Shown here: positions 1 through 13,369 of the stretch, in pieces
Numbering within the stretch: the first letter of the stretch is position 1
Layout of the letters: each line of letters begins with the position of its first letter
Translations under genes and position numbers: made by a program
Notes under the pieces: model-generated
Databases searched by the model: none
The model's input: the letters and a program-made list of their open reading frames with translations, nothing else
Told to the model about the DNA's origin: nothing
DNA from: Camelus ferus
Taxonomy: Eukaryota
Direction of reading: 5' to 3'
DNA: 64,000 nt
Assembly: GCF_009834535.1 (NCBI RefSeq)
Contig: NC_045712.1
Span: forward strand, 31,248,001 to 31,312,000

Positions 1-1038
1 AGGATTCGATGCAGCTATGATAATCTACAGCAACCGGGGCTCAGGCCCCAGGGATGAAGCTGTGGTGTCAATGCCCCCATGGGCTCCCTCTACCTTCCTG
101 CTCCAGCATCCATGTGGCCTCTGTCATCACGGTGCGTCCTCAGGGGAAGGGCCTTGTGTCCATTGCAGCTGGCTGGAGAGAGGCCGGACAGAGGCCGGGG
201 GAAGGCCAGAGAGAGGCCAGAGGGAAGCTGGAGGAACCGGAGGGAGGCCGGGGAGAGGCTGGAGGAGGCGCTGGCTGGGGGAGGCTGCTCTGTGGCCTCG
301 CCCTCACTCGTGTGCAGTCACCGGGCTGCCCCTACAGGGACAGCTTCCCTTTGCCAGGCTGACTCACCGCAGATACCAAGCCTGACAGACTCCAGACAGA
401 GGGTTTCATCAAACTTCGGAGAGGATGCGTCCTCCGCGTGCTACCCTAGACCAGGTCTAGCTGACGGCACGTCAGGCCCCAGAGCATGCAATGAAATCAC
501 AAAGGAACCTGCGGAGTCGAGGAGATGAGGGGCCGGGGCGGGGCTGGAGGGGTCTCCGGGAGTGAGGCTGAATCCTAAGGCAGAGGTGCTGTCCTGGAAG
601 AAGGGGATGAGGTGCTCTGGAGGTGACCCCAGCTCCCGATTCCAAGTGGGGCTCAGGAAGAGTCTGGAGGATGCCTGTGGCTGGGGCCCCAGGGGCACAA
701 GGGCCTCCTCCCTCGGCACCGGCCCCCTCTGTCCCCCAGAGCTGTGGCTCCCCCGCAGCCACCAGGAAAAAGTGACCTGAGAAGCCGTGAGGAAGCAGGC
801 AGCGGGGTCAGAGCAGAAGAGACGGGGAAACGGAGTCAGAATGTGAGGACTGCAGCATGGCAGGGGGCAAGTTACGGGGTATCTCCTGTGTCACCCAGCT
901 CGCCTGGAACATACAGAGAGTGGATGGTGGCCAGTAATAGCCCAGGCCCTCTGGGGGACAGGAAAGGACGACGCTCAGTAATTGGAAAGGGACAGGCCTC
1001 ATCCTCAGAACAAACAGCATCTCTGTCTGAAAAGTCAC

Positions 1039-1290
1039 CCCCACGGCCTTCCCCACCGTCATCCCACCGTCATCCCCACGGCCTTCCCCACCGTCACCCC
1101 CACTGTCATCCCCCCGTCATCCCCACCGTCATCCCACAGCCTTCCTCAGTCATCCCCACCGTCATCCCCACGGCTTTTCCCACCGTCATCCCCACGGCCT
1201 TCCCCACTGTCATCCCTCCGTCATCCCCACGGCCTTCCCCACCGTCATCCCCACGGCCTTCCCCACCGTCTTTTCCACTGTCATCCACGG
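1039..1290. repeat. 12-bp minisatellite with two unit variants (CCCCACGGCCTT / CCCCACCGTCAT), about 21 units
   Basis: Directly visible tandem units, with occasional 11-bp and mutated copies. Confidence 0.95.
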
Positions 1291-1600
1291 GCAGACTCCC
1301 AAAGGGTGTTCTGAAGACTTTGGGGGCCCACAAAACCTCCCTCTGTGAGGCACATACCTGTGCAAGGCGGGATTTCCCTAATATGCTTCAACTAGACAAC
1401 AGACGGCAACAGACTGAACTCAGACACACCATTGCTTATTTCTATAAAAGTCTGTTAGTAAAGGAGCTTCTATTTTAAAAACATGGGCCTTGGTCACAGT
1501 GTTTAAATTCGGGTGTTTTAATAAATATATTTAAACAGCATCCACAGAGCAAGCTTTTAAGGAAATCAATGCACTCGGGCAGCCTTAACTTTGAACACTC
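1285..1600 (+). mobile_element. hAT-Charlie (Charlie1-like) DNA transposon fossil
   Basis: 1345-1428 (cacatacctgtgcaaggcgggatttccctaatatgcttcaactagacaacagacggcaacagactgaactcaga) aligns to the recalled Charlie1 segment (acatatctgtgtgaggctggattttcttcatatacttcaaccaaaacaacatatcgcaacagattgaatgcaga). Confidence 0.55.
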
Positions 1601-4600
1601 ACATCTGAGACCTCACCTTATTTCTGCCAGAGTTACCAGAATTCGATTCCTCCAGGGTCTGGGTCCCAGGACTTCACAGCCCCGCAGCCCTCTCTTCCCA
1701 TCTCCTGCTGACGGCCGCCCTCCTGGGTCTGGGCCCCCGAGGCCCCTTCTCCTCATGAAAGTGGCAAGTTCCCACCTGCGGAACTTTCCCTCCCACCCAG
1801 AGAAGAAACCCCCCCTCTCCCCAGAGGCTGCAGACCACAGCCGAGGTGCGGCTGGGTGTAAACGGTGTGTGTTTGCCGCCTCCCTGAAATGTCACAAATC
1901 ATCGTGCATCACTCTCTGAAATCCTTCCTATCTTTTACTGCAAACGATTACATTACAAGAATTTTTAAGCAAAGTATCTGTCAAACTGAGTTCAACTTGA
2001 CTTTGCTATATGTGTTTTAAAATTAAGTCCCACTGAGGTGCCAGGTTTTCCCAAGGAGTCCAGACCGCTGGGCAGACTCCAAGGACCTTAGCGAAACGGG
2101 GCCGTCCAATCTCTCTGCCGGACATGGACGCAGCTGCGGGTGGAGGAGTGGGTGGGGGGTGCACAGGGAGGAGGGGGGTTCTGAGGGCTGGGCCCTGGTC
2201 CAGGAGCGGGAGCAGGTGCTGTCCAGGCCCGGAAACCGAGTGCTCCCCCCCAGGACTGCTGCCTGGGAGGGAGGGCCAGCTGGCCGTGCCACTCTGGGCG
2301 GTCTGACCTCAGGCCTCTCCACCTGGGCAGTCTAGGGGTGTGGGAATGCCAGGCTCACTGTGATCGACCTGAGTGGCAGGTGACTCCACTCACCCAGGCT
2401 AGACCACGGGGACGTTGGGAAACAGACACGGGCACCAAGGACACCACGTGGGCTCCAAGGGCCAAGTTGCTGCTCCAAAAAGAACTCCAACCGCTGAAAC
2501 ATCTGACTTTTTTTTATCTCAAAGGGTGAAGCTGCAGTGGGACACTAAAATTTGGTTCTTTGTAGTAAGTTTCCTAGCTCTCTGATATTTCCTGGTTTGA
2601 GACTTTTCTTAGAAAAGAAAATCAAAAGAGGAAAGAGGGTTGGAAAAAAGGAAAATGCACGTGTGGGAACTCTGGTACCCTCGCTCAGGGACCCCCTCTA
2701 CTGCCCCAAATCACTGCAAACACGCTCAATCCATCATCAGTTCTCAGCGGAAACGTCAGACCTTTTGTTTCTCCAAAACACAGATGAGTTTTCTTCATGG
2801 CTTCCCACCTCCTATGATTCCAACTTCTAATTTTTGAGCAGTTTGAGAAAACTGGTAAACAGCAGGCTTTGTGGGGATAACATAGCTCAACACATACCAA
2901 GTATACATCATTACTTAAGTGGAAAATAACTCCCCCCTTTACTGCAAAAATTACTAATTAACTCAGCTTAACATTTAGAACGTAAGGGTTCTCACTAAGT
3001 GTTTACTAGCAGCTGTAAAGGACCCTGGAAAAAGAATTCCTTTCTGCAGGATGTGGCATCACCGCCAGGAGAGGGACTCTGCCTCTGAGGAGCACCTGGG
3101 CATACCCGCCCGGAAGTGCTGTGACACAGCGCACACCGTCTGTCCGCAGACTGGGAGCCGGATGCACCCAGCACTCCTCCACCCAAGAGCAGGGACAGAC
3201 CCAGACAAGAGCTCTGCTCCTCCCACAAGGAACACCTGGACGAGCAGAGCAAGAGGACACACCTGTAACCGTCCGTGCGTCTGCTCCCGGGGCCGCACCA
3301 ACGCCAACAGGAAACGCCGCGGCACCGAGAGGGCCCCGCAGGCCCCACGAGGCCCCACGTTCCGGGTTCTGTCTCCGTATCTGCAAGCACAGCGCAGCAC
3401 AGGCAGAGACGGCATGACAAGACCATCTCATAACGCAGCCAGGCTGCAGCAGGAGGTGCAGGGCTGTGACCACAGGCGGGTGGGAAGGGGACCGCGGGGC
3501 AGGGCCAGCACGCGTCAGAGCGGCTCAGAAGACCGGGAGTGACCCCGTACATAAGACACATAGAAAAACTGAACAAGATGGTCTGGCCCCGAGCAGCACG
3601 CAGCAGCCGCTCTCGAGGGTCACAGGGCCGGCGGCAGGGAAGGCCGAGGCCACCTGTTAGACAGGACGTGGGCTCCTGTGGGGGACTGGGTGACATGCCT
3701 CACGACTGCAGGGAGATGGTTCTGAGGGGCCGCAGCTGCCGAGACCACTACTGCTGGCCTGGCAGGAAATTAACGTGCCGGCTCTGAGACGATGGGGCGG
3801 GACGGGGCAGGGTCAGCCTTCAGGGGCCAGGACCCCACGCAGAGGGAGGACCCCGGACCAGCGGCCCCAGGCCCTTGCTCTCCCAGGGAGCTGAGCCCAC
3901 CCGACCACCACCCCAGTGGGGGGACCAGCAGCTCCCTGCACAAGATCTGGGCTCAGGGGGCTGACACGGGCCCCCCTGGTGAGCTGGCAGGGGCAGGGGA
4001 CCCGGAGGGACTCCCGGAGCGGCTCCCTTCCCCTCATCAGCCACCCTGGGCCCCCTGCAGGCCCCCGTGGTGGGGAGCCCTCCCTCCACGCACGGTGCAC
4101 TGGTACGAGGGGCGTGAGAGGCGGGAAGACAGCAGACAAGGAGCTCGGACTCCTCGGCAGCCCCCACGTCACTCAGGACTGACGTCGCACCCCTGGGTCA
4201 CCCCCAGGGCCCTTCGGCCCAGCCCGACGGCCACCACTTCCCCAGGGCCACCCTCGGGAGACGCCACACCGTCCACACCCCTGCCCGCCCGCGTGGGCTG
4301 CTCCTGCTTCGGGGTCCCAGCCTCCCAGCCAGTGCCCTTACAGCCAGCCTCATGTACAAGCGACCGGGACACTCGGGAACAGGTTCGCCCTCCACCTGAG
4401 CTCCAGAAAACGAAACAGGACATGGAGCACGTTTGTCCCAGACTGGACGGCTCTGCAGGCTGCGGAAGGGCGAGGAAACGTACAGAGGGCAGCTGGCAGC
4501 GGTGTGAGCCCAGGCCGTAAGGACACAGGTGAGTGCAGAGGGGTGGAGATACAGGGCCTTCTATAGTGTCACTTGTCATGGGACACGTCTCCAGTGACGG

Positions 4601-7189
4601 GCCTCACTGCTGTCAGCACGGGCTGCGGGGGGGTCCCACCCTGGGACCCTGCGTGGAGGGGAGGCCTGGGCCACGCTGCCCTGTCCCGGGGAGCAGAGCC
4701 CCTGGCTGCTGGAGCCCTTTGTGCCAGCAGAGAGACAGAAACGCAGTTATGCCCAGCAAGCACTGGGGGGGGGGTCACTTCTCAGGGAGTCGTGGGAACT
4801 GAGGCAGCCTCGGTGGAGGAGGAGGAGGGGACTAGTGAGTCCACGGGGGAGCGGCCAAGCCCTCCTCACCTGCGTTCTCCACCCGCCCCGCACCCCCCCC
4901 CCCCACCGCCGGGCTCTGCTGGGAGGGTGAAGCTCCGCACTGAAGGAACCTTCTACGTCTCCCGCCAAGAGCGGCACCTGGCTGCCTCCCCTGCCTCGTC
5001 CTCCTCACAGCCTGCCTCCTTCCATCCTCCCAGAACTCTTACGTCTGCTGCTCAGGGGACACGTGTGCAGGCTTCCTCCAGCCCTAGGTTCTCATCCTGA
5101 ACATTTTCAAACCTGTGTGTGCAACCCAAAGACAGACCCACTTCACCCAGATCCATCATCCACGGGGTTCCGCCCATCTCTGCTGAGAGCTGGCGGTCAG
5201 GACCCTTCACCCCCAAACCCTCCGGCAGCATCTCCTACGAGCCAGGTGACGCCGACTCTCTACGTAAACACGCGGCGACCACCACGGCCGGGACACTTCA
5301 TGGCAGCAGGAGAATCATTTTCTAAAATGTGCCCTATATTTGACTTTTTTCCAACTGTCCCAAGAACCACCAGCCCTTAAATCTGGGGCTCAATCGGGCA
5401 CGTCCTCACTGACCTGCTTCCTCCTGACCCTCCAGCTGCCCTGTCCCCACCCTCTCTCTGGCCTCTCAGGACACTGATGCTGGGTTAGGGTCCAGGACGG
5501 CTGTTCTGGAGAAGGTCCCTCCGCGTGGGTTTGGACAATTGTTTCCGCACGCTCGGCTCAGCTGCAGGTGACAGCACATCCTTGGTGGGTGCCGTCACTG
5601 AGGTGAGGGATTGAGGTGGTGGCCACAGGCTGCCCCATTCGTAGGACGGCCGGCACGTCTCCCATGCATGTGCTTGGTTGGCACACGAGGTCATGCCACA
5701 CCCCTCCTGCGCCCCCGGGGGCAGCTTTGTGACTGCCAACGAGACACAACAGGGCCTTGGAGTCAAGATCACAAACGCTGGCTCTCTTGGGACCCTGGAG
5801 AGCCCACACCGAGGGGACACGTGTGAACGTCCCGCCAACAGTCCTGGGAAGTCCCAACTGACTGCCAGAGGCCGGGGTGGAAGACAGTTCTAGATGGTTC
5901 CAGCCACCAGACGGGAAGTCGTCCGGACCTTAGGAAGCAGAGGGGGCCCGTCCTGTGCCCTGTCTGCGTGCCTGGCTCACAGGCCCCATGACCCTAATGA
6001 CGGCCGTTCCGAGGTGACCTGCTGCGTGGGAGCGGCTGACTGCCCGCCCTTCCCCCACAACACACTCAGAGGACCGATGCTGTAAGACCACGGGACAGTC
6101 CAGCCCCCGTCAGCCTTACATCAGTTCATGGTTTTCAATGAATTGATTATCATTATGATAGTAGCAAAGGAGAGGCTGTTGATAACCGTCTCTGCGGTTA
6201 GCGGTCGTCATTCTGTGAAGAAAGGTTCCCTTTCCTTCTCCTCCTTTGCTTCCATATATTTTCGTATCAGAATGGACTCAAATTCTTTCCTTAAAATGCA
6301 GTGCATTATAACCCATTTCTGTCATTATGCATTGTGTTGCTCAGACAAGGCACCCGAACCTGGCTCGGGGGCCCTCCTTCTGGCCGGCTCCTCTGTCCTG
6401 AGTACATCCACACCCCTCATCATCTCTGGAACGCTCCTGACATCTAGGTGTGGGTGGCACACAGCGGGCTGAGCTGCGCAGCCACTGGCTGACGAGGCTG
6501 GGTGTCTTTTCATGTGCCCACCTGCCATCTGTGTCCCCTCGGCTAATTGTCCTAATTGGACTGTCGGTCTTTATTTATTTATTTTCCTGCTGGCAAGCTG
6601 AGCGCACTTTCTGTTCCAATCCCAGGCCTTTGTCTGGTGTGTGGTTTGCAAACACATTCCCCCGTCCATAGCTTCTCTTTCCATCTTCCGCCCAGGGTCT
6701 TGCACAGAACAAAAGCTTGTGATTTTGATGAGGTCCATTGCATCGTTTTCTCCTTTTATGGCACTTGCTATGGATGGTTTTAATTTCAGCGTCCAGATGT
6801 TGTCAGAACACAGCAGTCTGCAACACGACTGACTCTCATGTGTTGGTCTAGGGTCTCGCGAGCGTGCTGAGTGCCTTTATTCGTGCCACGGTTGGTTTTG
6901 GTTTTGATTCCTCAGGACTTTCCAAGCAGATGACGGTGTCACATGAAAACAGGGACAGTTCCACTTCTTACTTTCCAATCCACAAGCCCTGCATTTCTCT
7001 TTCTTGTCCTACTGCAGAGGCTAGTGTCTCGCTGGTGCCCTGAGGGACAGTGGAGATGCCCTGGTCCCCATCTTAGGGGGAGGGCGCTCAGAATCCCGTC
7101 CTTACCCTGGTGACAGCTGCGGGGTTCCAGTGCATGGTCCTTAACAAGTTAAGGTAGCTCCCGCCTTCTGGTCCTGATTTTCTGAGGGG

Positions 7190-7236
7190 TTTTTTTTTGT
7201 TTTTTGTTTTTGTTTTTTGTTTTTTTTTGTTTTTTG
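7190..7236. repeat. (T5-9G)n simple repeat inside the L1 fossil
   Basis: Directly visible. Confidence 0.9.
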
Positions 7237-8364
7237 TATCATGAGTGGATGTTGATTTTTGTCAAATACTTCTCTGTCGGTTAATATGACCATATGGTTT
7301 TTACCCCTTCACTTGACATGATGGATTTAATTGATTTTCAAACACTGACCCAGCCTTGCACATCCAGAAAAAAAACCCACTTTATATACACATGGTATAT
7401 AACTCTATTCTTTTTAAAGAAAAATTCTTTTCATCTATTGCTGATTTTGGTTTGCAAATATTTAGTGGAGGATTTTGTGTCCAAATTCATGAGAAACCTG
7501 GTCTGCAGTTTTCGCTTGCATCTGGTTTGGTCACACTGCTTGTCTGACAAGGTGATACTGGCCGCATAAAGTGAGCTGGGAAGTCTCCCCGGGGCTTCCT
7601 TTTTCTAGAAGAGATTGTGTAGAACTGGTTTCCGTTCTTTACGTGTTTGGCAGCGATCTCCAGAGCAGCCGCTTGGGCCTGGAGACTCCCTCTCCCGGAG
7701 GTTTACAGTCGTGGCGTCCGTGTCTTTCGCGGCCACAGGACTACTCTGTGTATCAGCTTCACCTCAGCTGAGTTTTAGTAGTTCGTGGTTTTTGAAGAAT
7801 TGGTCCATTCCTTCCGCATCGTTGAATTTACGAGCCTAAAGCTGCTGGTGGGGTCACCTCCTCCCCGGAGGGGTGGCCGAGGGATGTGCGTGACCACCTG
7901 TCTCACTGCTGCTCATGCGACGTGTGTCCCTCTGTCTCTGTCAGTCTTGCTAGACAGAGGTTTATCGATTTTACTCATTCTTTCCAAGAACCAGCCTTCT
8001 GTGTCATTAATTCTCTCAACTGTTTCCTGTTAGGACTGTATTTTCTCTTTCCACCTCCCCTGTTCCCTTTCTCCTGCTTGCTGTGGGTTTATTTTGCTCT
8101 TCTTTTTCTAATTTCTTGAGGTAGAATCTTTAATTTGAAACTCTTCCTCTTTTCTAATGAAGCATTTACTGCTGCAAGTTTCCCTTTCAACCCTGCTTAC
8201 GCTGTAACCCACGCATTTTCACATGTTGGTTTCAATTCTTTTAAATTTAAGGTTTCTTTTATGACCCAGGATATAAACTATTTTGGTTCCACAGGTGCTT
8301 AAAAACGCGAACACGGCTGTTGCTGGAGTGTCCTTCCAGGGCAGCCAGGCCCTGCCGGGTGGCT

Positions 8365-8424
8365 GCACCCCAACCTCGCACACCCCGACCTCGCACACCC
8401 CGACCTCGCACACCCCGACCTCGC
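8365..8424. repeat. 15-bp tandem repeat (ACACCCCGACCTCGC) x4
   Basis: Three perfect units (8380-8424) plus one 2-mismatch unit (8365-8379). Confidence 0.95.
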
Positions 8425-8999
8425 GTGCCCTTGATGATTTTCCATCCAGCACACCTGTCAGCTGCTGAGAAGGCACTGGTGTCTCTAGGTGGGAGAAAGG
8501 ACTCTCCTGTCCACGGATGAGGACCACTCCCCAGGCCAGTGCTCCCCAGCCACCTCCATCACGCTGTTGAGCCACCTGGGGTCCCTGGGGGGAGGAAGGG
8601 AATCTCTGGCCCCTCAGGATGAAGAACACTTCTTGGGGCCACTTGTCAGGGCGGCTCTCACCTGATCCCCAGTGTGGCTGGTGGGACCCCCTCCATCTGG
8701 AGGAGCGGGAGGCCCCCTGGGCAGCCGTCTGTACGAGGCGGGGCCCGGGCACACTGGCCTGGGCTTGTGTCCTGTCACTAGGTGGGGCCGTGAGCCCCTC
8801 CAGCCCAGGCTCCCACCCCGGCCCCCCTCCTCTGGCCCTGCACCCACACTTCTGGGGTTCTCAGCCGCACCTCACGGGAAGGAGCGGGAGAGCGCGGGAA
8901 GCCCTCCTGCACTAACCCGGTTGCTCCTCGGCCGGGTGGCCCCGCCGGCGGGTAGCTAGCTTCATTTACTTCTGCCTGTATTCATCTTAACCCCATCTT

Positions 9000-9270
9000 T
9001 GTTGATTTAATTTTTGAAAAAGCAAAATATTAACATGGTTCAAAAGTCAGACTATTCATAGAAACTGTACTCAGAGATGCCCCACTGCTCCGTGTCCTCC
9101 CAGCCCGTCCCCCCACCTGCAGGTACAAGCCTCCCTCGTTTCTAATTTATCCGTCCCCAGTCTCCTCCTGAGAACTAAGGAGGTTCGCGTGCATCTGTCT
9201 CTTCCTCTGTCTCCGCTGCTGAGACTCTGGGCAGCAGTTAGCCACTCGCAGCCCAGCGAGTTAGCTCTGC
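9000..9270 (-). mobile_element. Old L1ME-type 3' end fragment
   Basis: ttaatttttgaaaaagcaaaatattaacatggttcaaaagtcaga resembles reverse-strand L1ME 3' termini; heavily diverged. Confidence 0.4.
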
Positions 9271-12200
9271 AGTCCAGTGTGCTTCTCCTCTCTGGGCCCG
9301 TTTACGCCCTGGCCTCGCCCTGCCCTACTGCTCAGGCCTCTCTGTCACGCTCCCTCTCCCTGGCTCACTGATCAGAGCTTTCAGACTTTCCTCCTGTTCT
9401 TACTTCTCCTTCCGTCATTAGCACAACCGAGAGTGGACCTAAAGAAACAAGGCCGTGTCTCACAGGACAAGCGTTCCTGCTGGAGCCTGCTGAGAGCCAG
9501 TTTCTGTGCAGTGGCCTCATGCCCCATGAAGTCCCTGCCGGCACGTGGAGGGTCGCCGGGGCAGCTGCCCACGCGGGACGCTCTGCCTACAGCTTTGGGA
9601 TCACACATTCAGGAGGAAACTGAGATGTTTCCTGTAACTGCTGAGAAAACAGAAAGTGGTCACAACTGAACTTTACCACATTCCTTCAAATGTCACCAAA
9701 CACAGACACCAAAGTGACAAGGACAGAGGACCACCACCACATACAGCCCACTGTACACAGCAATCCAGGACCCGGACGCCACTGACTCTGCCCCCAGCAC
9801 CTTGCTGCTGCTCCCAGAGTTGTGAGCTCCCAGGGTTGTGGGCTCTGCCCAACTCCCACCCCCATCCCAGGCCAGCAACCCCGCTTGTGGCCCCAGGGTT
9901 GGTGAACAGCTGCCTCAGGGCCAGACAACCGTGCCTCCGGGGCGTGGACAGAGTGGGTGTGAGGCCAGTACGCCTGCCAGGTGCCCCAGGGACACAGAGG
10001 TGCCCGCAGGTCCCGCAGTTCCAGCAAAGCCCCCGCTGGCAACCAGCAAGCCAGTCCTGCGGGATCTGGTTATTTCACCAGTAGCTGGAGTTCTCGTCAC
10101 CACCCGGCCCTCTGAACCAGGACGGCCTGCGTTCCCCCAGGAAGCTGGGGAAGGCTGGGCCCTACATTCCCTGCTGAGAATCCAGGGCAGAATTCCTCAC
10201 ATTCCAAAGCACTTCAAGCAAGCCGGGAAGCCTGAAGCCTTTCACGCGCTGTTGCTCAGGTGCCAGGTCCAGCCTGCCTGCTGGTGCCGCCCCAGAACCG
10301 GGGACTGCGGGCATCAAGCACCAGACGCCTCCAAACTGGCTGCTTTATCCAAATGGCACAGGGCGAGGTGCACGGCCCAGAGGTCTTTAAAGACTACGGC
10401 CCTTCCCGTGACATCGCCCACGGCTCTCGAGGGCATGTGAGTGCGTCTGCACCTTGTTTCACGTCCGTGGGGCCTGGGGGCGCCTGAGCTGCTGCTGATG
10501 GGAGGTGGAAGGCCTCTGTCCTGAAGGGAAGCTGCGGCTGACCTCCGCATGGGCAGGCTCACAGGCCATAGCCCTCCAGGCCGGCAGTGGGGTGCTGAGC
10601 ACAGAGGACGCTCCCCCTTTCTCTGGACGTTCTGGACGTCCGGTGCTGTGATGTGTGAATGTGAATCACTTCCTGACCTGGAGGTCACTGAGGGCAGGAA
10701 GCCAACGACATCGGCTGCGGAGGCCAGCACGGGAAACACTGGGAAACCCTGTGCTGGGCCGGAGGACAGGGGCTTCTGGCGAGGAGAGGCAGGGCTGAGT
10801 CCGAGGGACACGCAGGAGCCAGCAGGTGAAGTCAGGCAGGGCGGGGAAGCTCAGACAAAGCAGCAAGGAATCCGGACAGGGACACAGGGACTGCCAGGGA
10901 CGATGCCCTCGTCTAGGTGACAGGTGACGGGGCAGTGGGGGTGCAGGAGGCATAGGACTGAGTCTAGGACATGCAGGGACAGGGAGAGGGCCGGGCGGGC
11001 AGACCCCGAATCGTCCAGCTGGGGACGAGTTCACGGCCCTCGTCCCGGGAGGCCGTTGTTTGGGGTGCTGAGCCTCACGCAGACCACCGCCCCCGCCACC
11101 TTCTCAGCCACTGCACCCCGACCCTGGACCTCCTCCTCCTGAGTCCACAACCACTCTTGTCCCTAAGGCTCCTCCAGGCTCACCTGCTCCATGACCACTG
11201 TCACTGAGCCCGGGAGCAGGACAAGGTGTAGCCGAGCCCTCCACCCACAGCGAGTGTAGCACAGACCAAGGCACTCGGTTCCACGGCCGCCTTGAGTGTG
11301 GGACGGGGAGCTGGACGAGGAGGACGCGGCCCGGGGCCATTTCCATTTCTGAAGCACATCTGCCTGGAGGAGATGCAGCTGCCCAGAGCAGCGGGCGGCC
11401 CCATCCCAGCCTCCCCTGAGAGCACAGACAAGCTGGAGCACACCTGCTCGAGGCCCACAGAGAGGAGGGCCGGCGAGGACCGGGCGGGAAACGCCACGTC
11501 CCTCCGCTTGCAGGGCCCAGCTGGTGGGCTCGGTTCTCCTGGCACCTCCCTCACCTTCCCCACCTGATGGATGCCTCACTCATCCTGCAGGTTTAGGACA
11601 TGGGGATGAAACCTAGGCTCACCAAGGAGACGAGGTGCTGGGCCGAAGCCTCGCCCTGGGCAGAACGCATGCAGGGACGTCAGCGTTCGGACGCTCGGGA
11701 CCGGGGCCACCGGGAATAGGTCCGGGGGCCCAGCAATTACCTAGGACGCTAGCCCAGCACTCCTCAGATGTCAGAGCGCCTGCTAGTTAGCGAGCTAGCG
11801 AGCTAGTCACCGCTCACCGAAACTGCTGATCCCTGGGCCCCACCTGCACCTGGAATTTCCGGAGGAAACTGCAGTTCCCTTGGGGGACCATGAGGCCAGA
11901 GCCACCCTGAGAGTGCTCCACAATCTGTGCCTGGTCATCGCTGTCGGGGCGCTGCCCTGACACACAGCAAGCTGCCCACTCAGGACACCGCCCTCTGCCC
12001 TCAGAAGCCGCCTCCTCCTGGAAGCCCACCTTTCTGCTCACACACGTTTACTGGCCACCTGCTCTCTGCCAGACCCCACGTACCCCTGATGGATCAGACC
12101 CAGAGGACGCTGAGCTCAGATGCTGGAGGGGAGATGCCACGAGACAGTGTGACAAGGGCTAGAACACAGACCCGGGGGCCTGGGGACACAGGGCCTCATG

Positions 12201-13369
12201 TGTGCGGAAAAGGGAGTGGTGGGGGGCCTGCTGGTGCCTGAGGCTTTGCATCGCCAACTCTTTACTGAGTGTCATGTTCTCACAGAAAACGGCAAAACCG
12301 GCCGAACACTCCCAGCAAGCCCCCATCACCAGACACACCCTGTAACCAGCACCCAGGTTAAGGAAGGGGCCCTCGCCCACCCATGAGCCTTCCAAAGGGG
12401 CCAGCCATCCACCTTCTAACAGCTCAGAGCAGTTTCCACGCTCGGACTTCCTGTAAAGGGCCATCCCACACCCACGCGCCCCCGCGCTGGCCTGAGCCTC
12501 GAGCGTGTGTGTGGCTGGATCAGCTCGTTCCTGCAGGCCTCCAGTGAGGACCAGCTGCTTCATCCACAGGACATCCTGCAGTGCACCCCGGGTGAAGCAG
12601 GGTTGTGTTCTGTGGGTTGCAGACTTGCCAGGCCTCGGGGCTTGGCTCCGTTAGCTTTGGGGACCCCAGATGACAGCCTTCCAGGGCCGCCCTGCCTGGC
12701 TATCCCCAACCCCGCCGCAGCGTCTGGGGCACAGGCTGAACCGCCACACCTGGTGCCTGTTGTACCCACAGCAGCTCCACCGAGTGTGAGACAGGTCGCC
12801 TGGGGCTGCAACTGCAGCCCCCTCTTCTCTTGTGAAGCAGAGTTCCTGGACATAGTCCCCTTCCTCAGACACCCCCGAACACTGAGACGGGCCGTTCAGT
12901 TTCAGCATTGAGAAGGCTGCAGGCTTGGCGGGATCAAGGGACGGCTGCCCCTAAAGAAGGTCTGAGCAGAAGCAGAGGGAAAACCAGGGGCAGCGCCGCC
13001 ACTCACACCCCAGTGCTGGACAGTCAGGGGGGCCCTCCCCTCTCAGTCCGTGAAGCCAGGCCCCCAAATGCCCTCGCCCCTCAGCTCTGAGGCCATTTCC
13101 ATAGAGCTGGGGTTTCTCTGGTCACAGGAAGTGGGTCTCAGGAGTCCTCCCCTCTGGGCCCTGATCCTCAACGTCCCCTCCCCTTCCAAACTGGACTGTG
13201 GACTTTGGGAGGCAGGAGCCACAACTATCCCAACTGTCCCTGCGCTGGCAGTGGGCAGGATTACGTTAACGTGGGATTAGCGAGCGGGTCTGTCCACTAC
13301 TCTGTGATTGCTCTGCAATAGTGACCACTCACCCCCAGGCAACTGGCAGGTCCGTCTTAAAATTCCTGC

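Larger units (their letters stand above)
6530..8490 (-). mobile_element. Ancient L1M ORF2 fossil (C-terminal, RT and EN segments, with deletions)
   Basis: Reverse-strand ORF2 hallmarks, e.g. ggtttgcaaatatttagtggaggattttgtgtccaaattcatgaga (7450-7495) and ttttctagaagagattgtgtagaactgg (7600-7628). Confidence 0.8.

Noticed and set aside
744-1478. 244-aa ORF with PSSP repeats
   Set aside because: Its length comes from the 12-bp minisatellite; no homology is recognisable.
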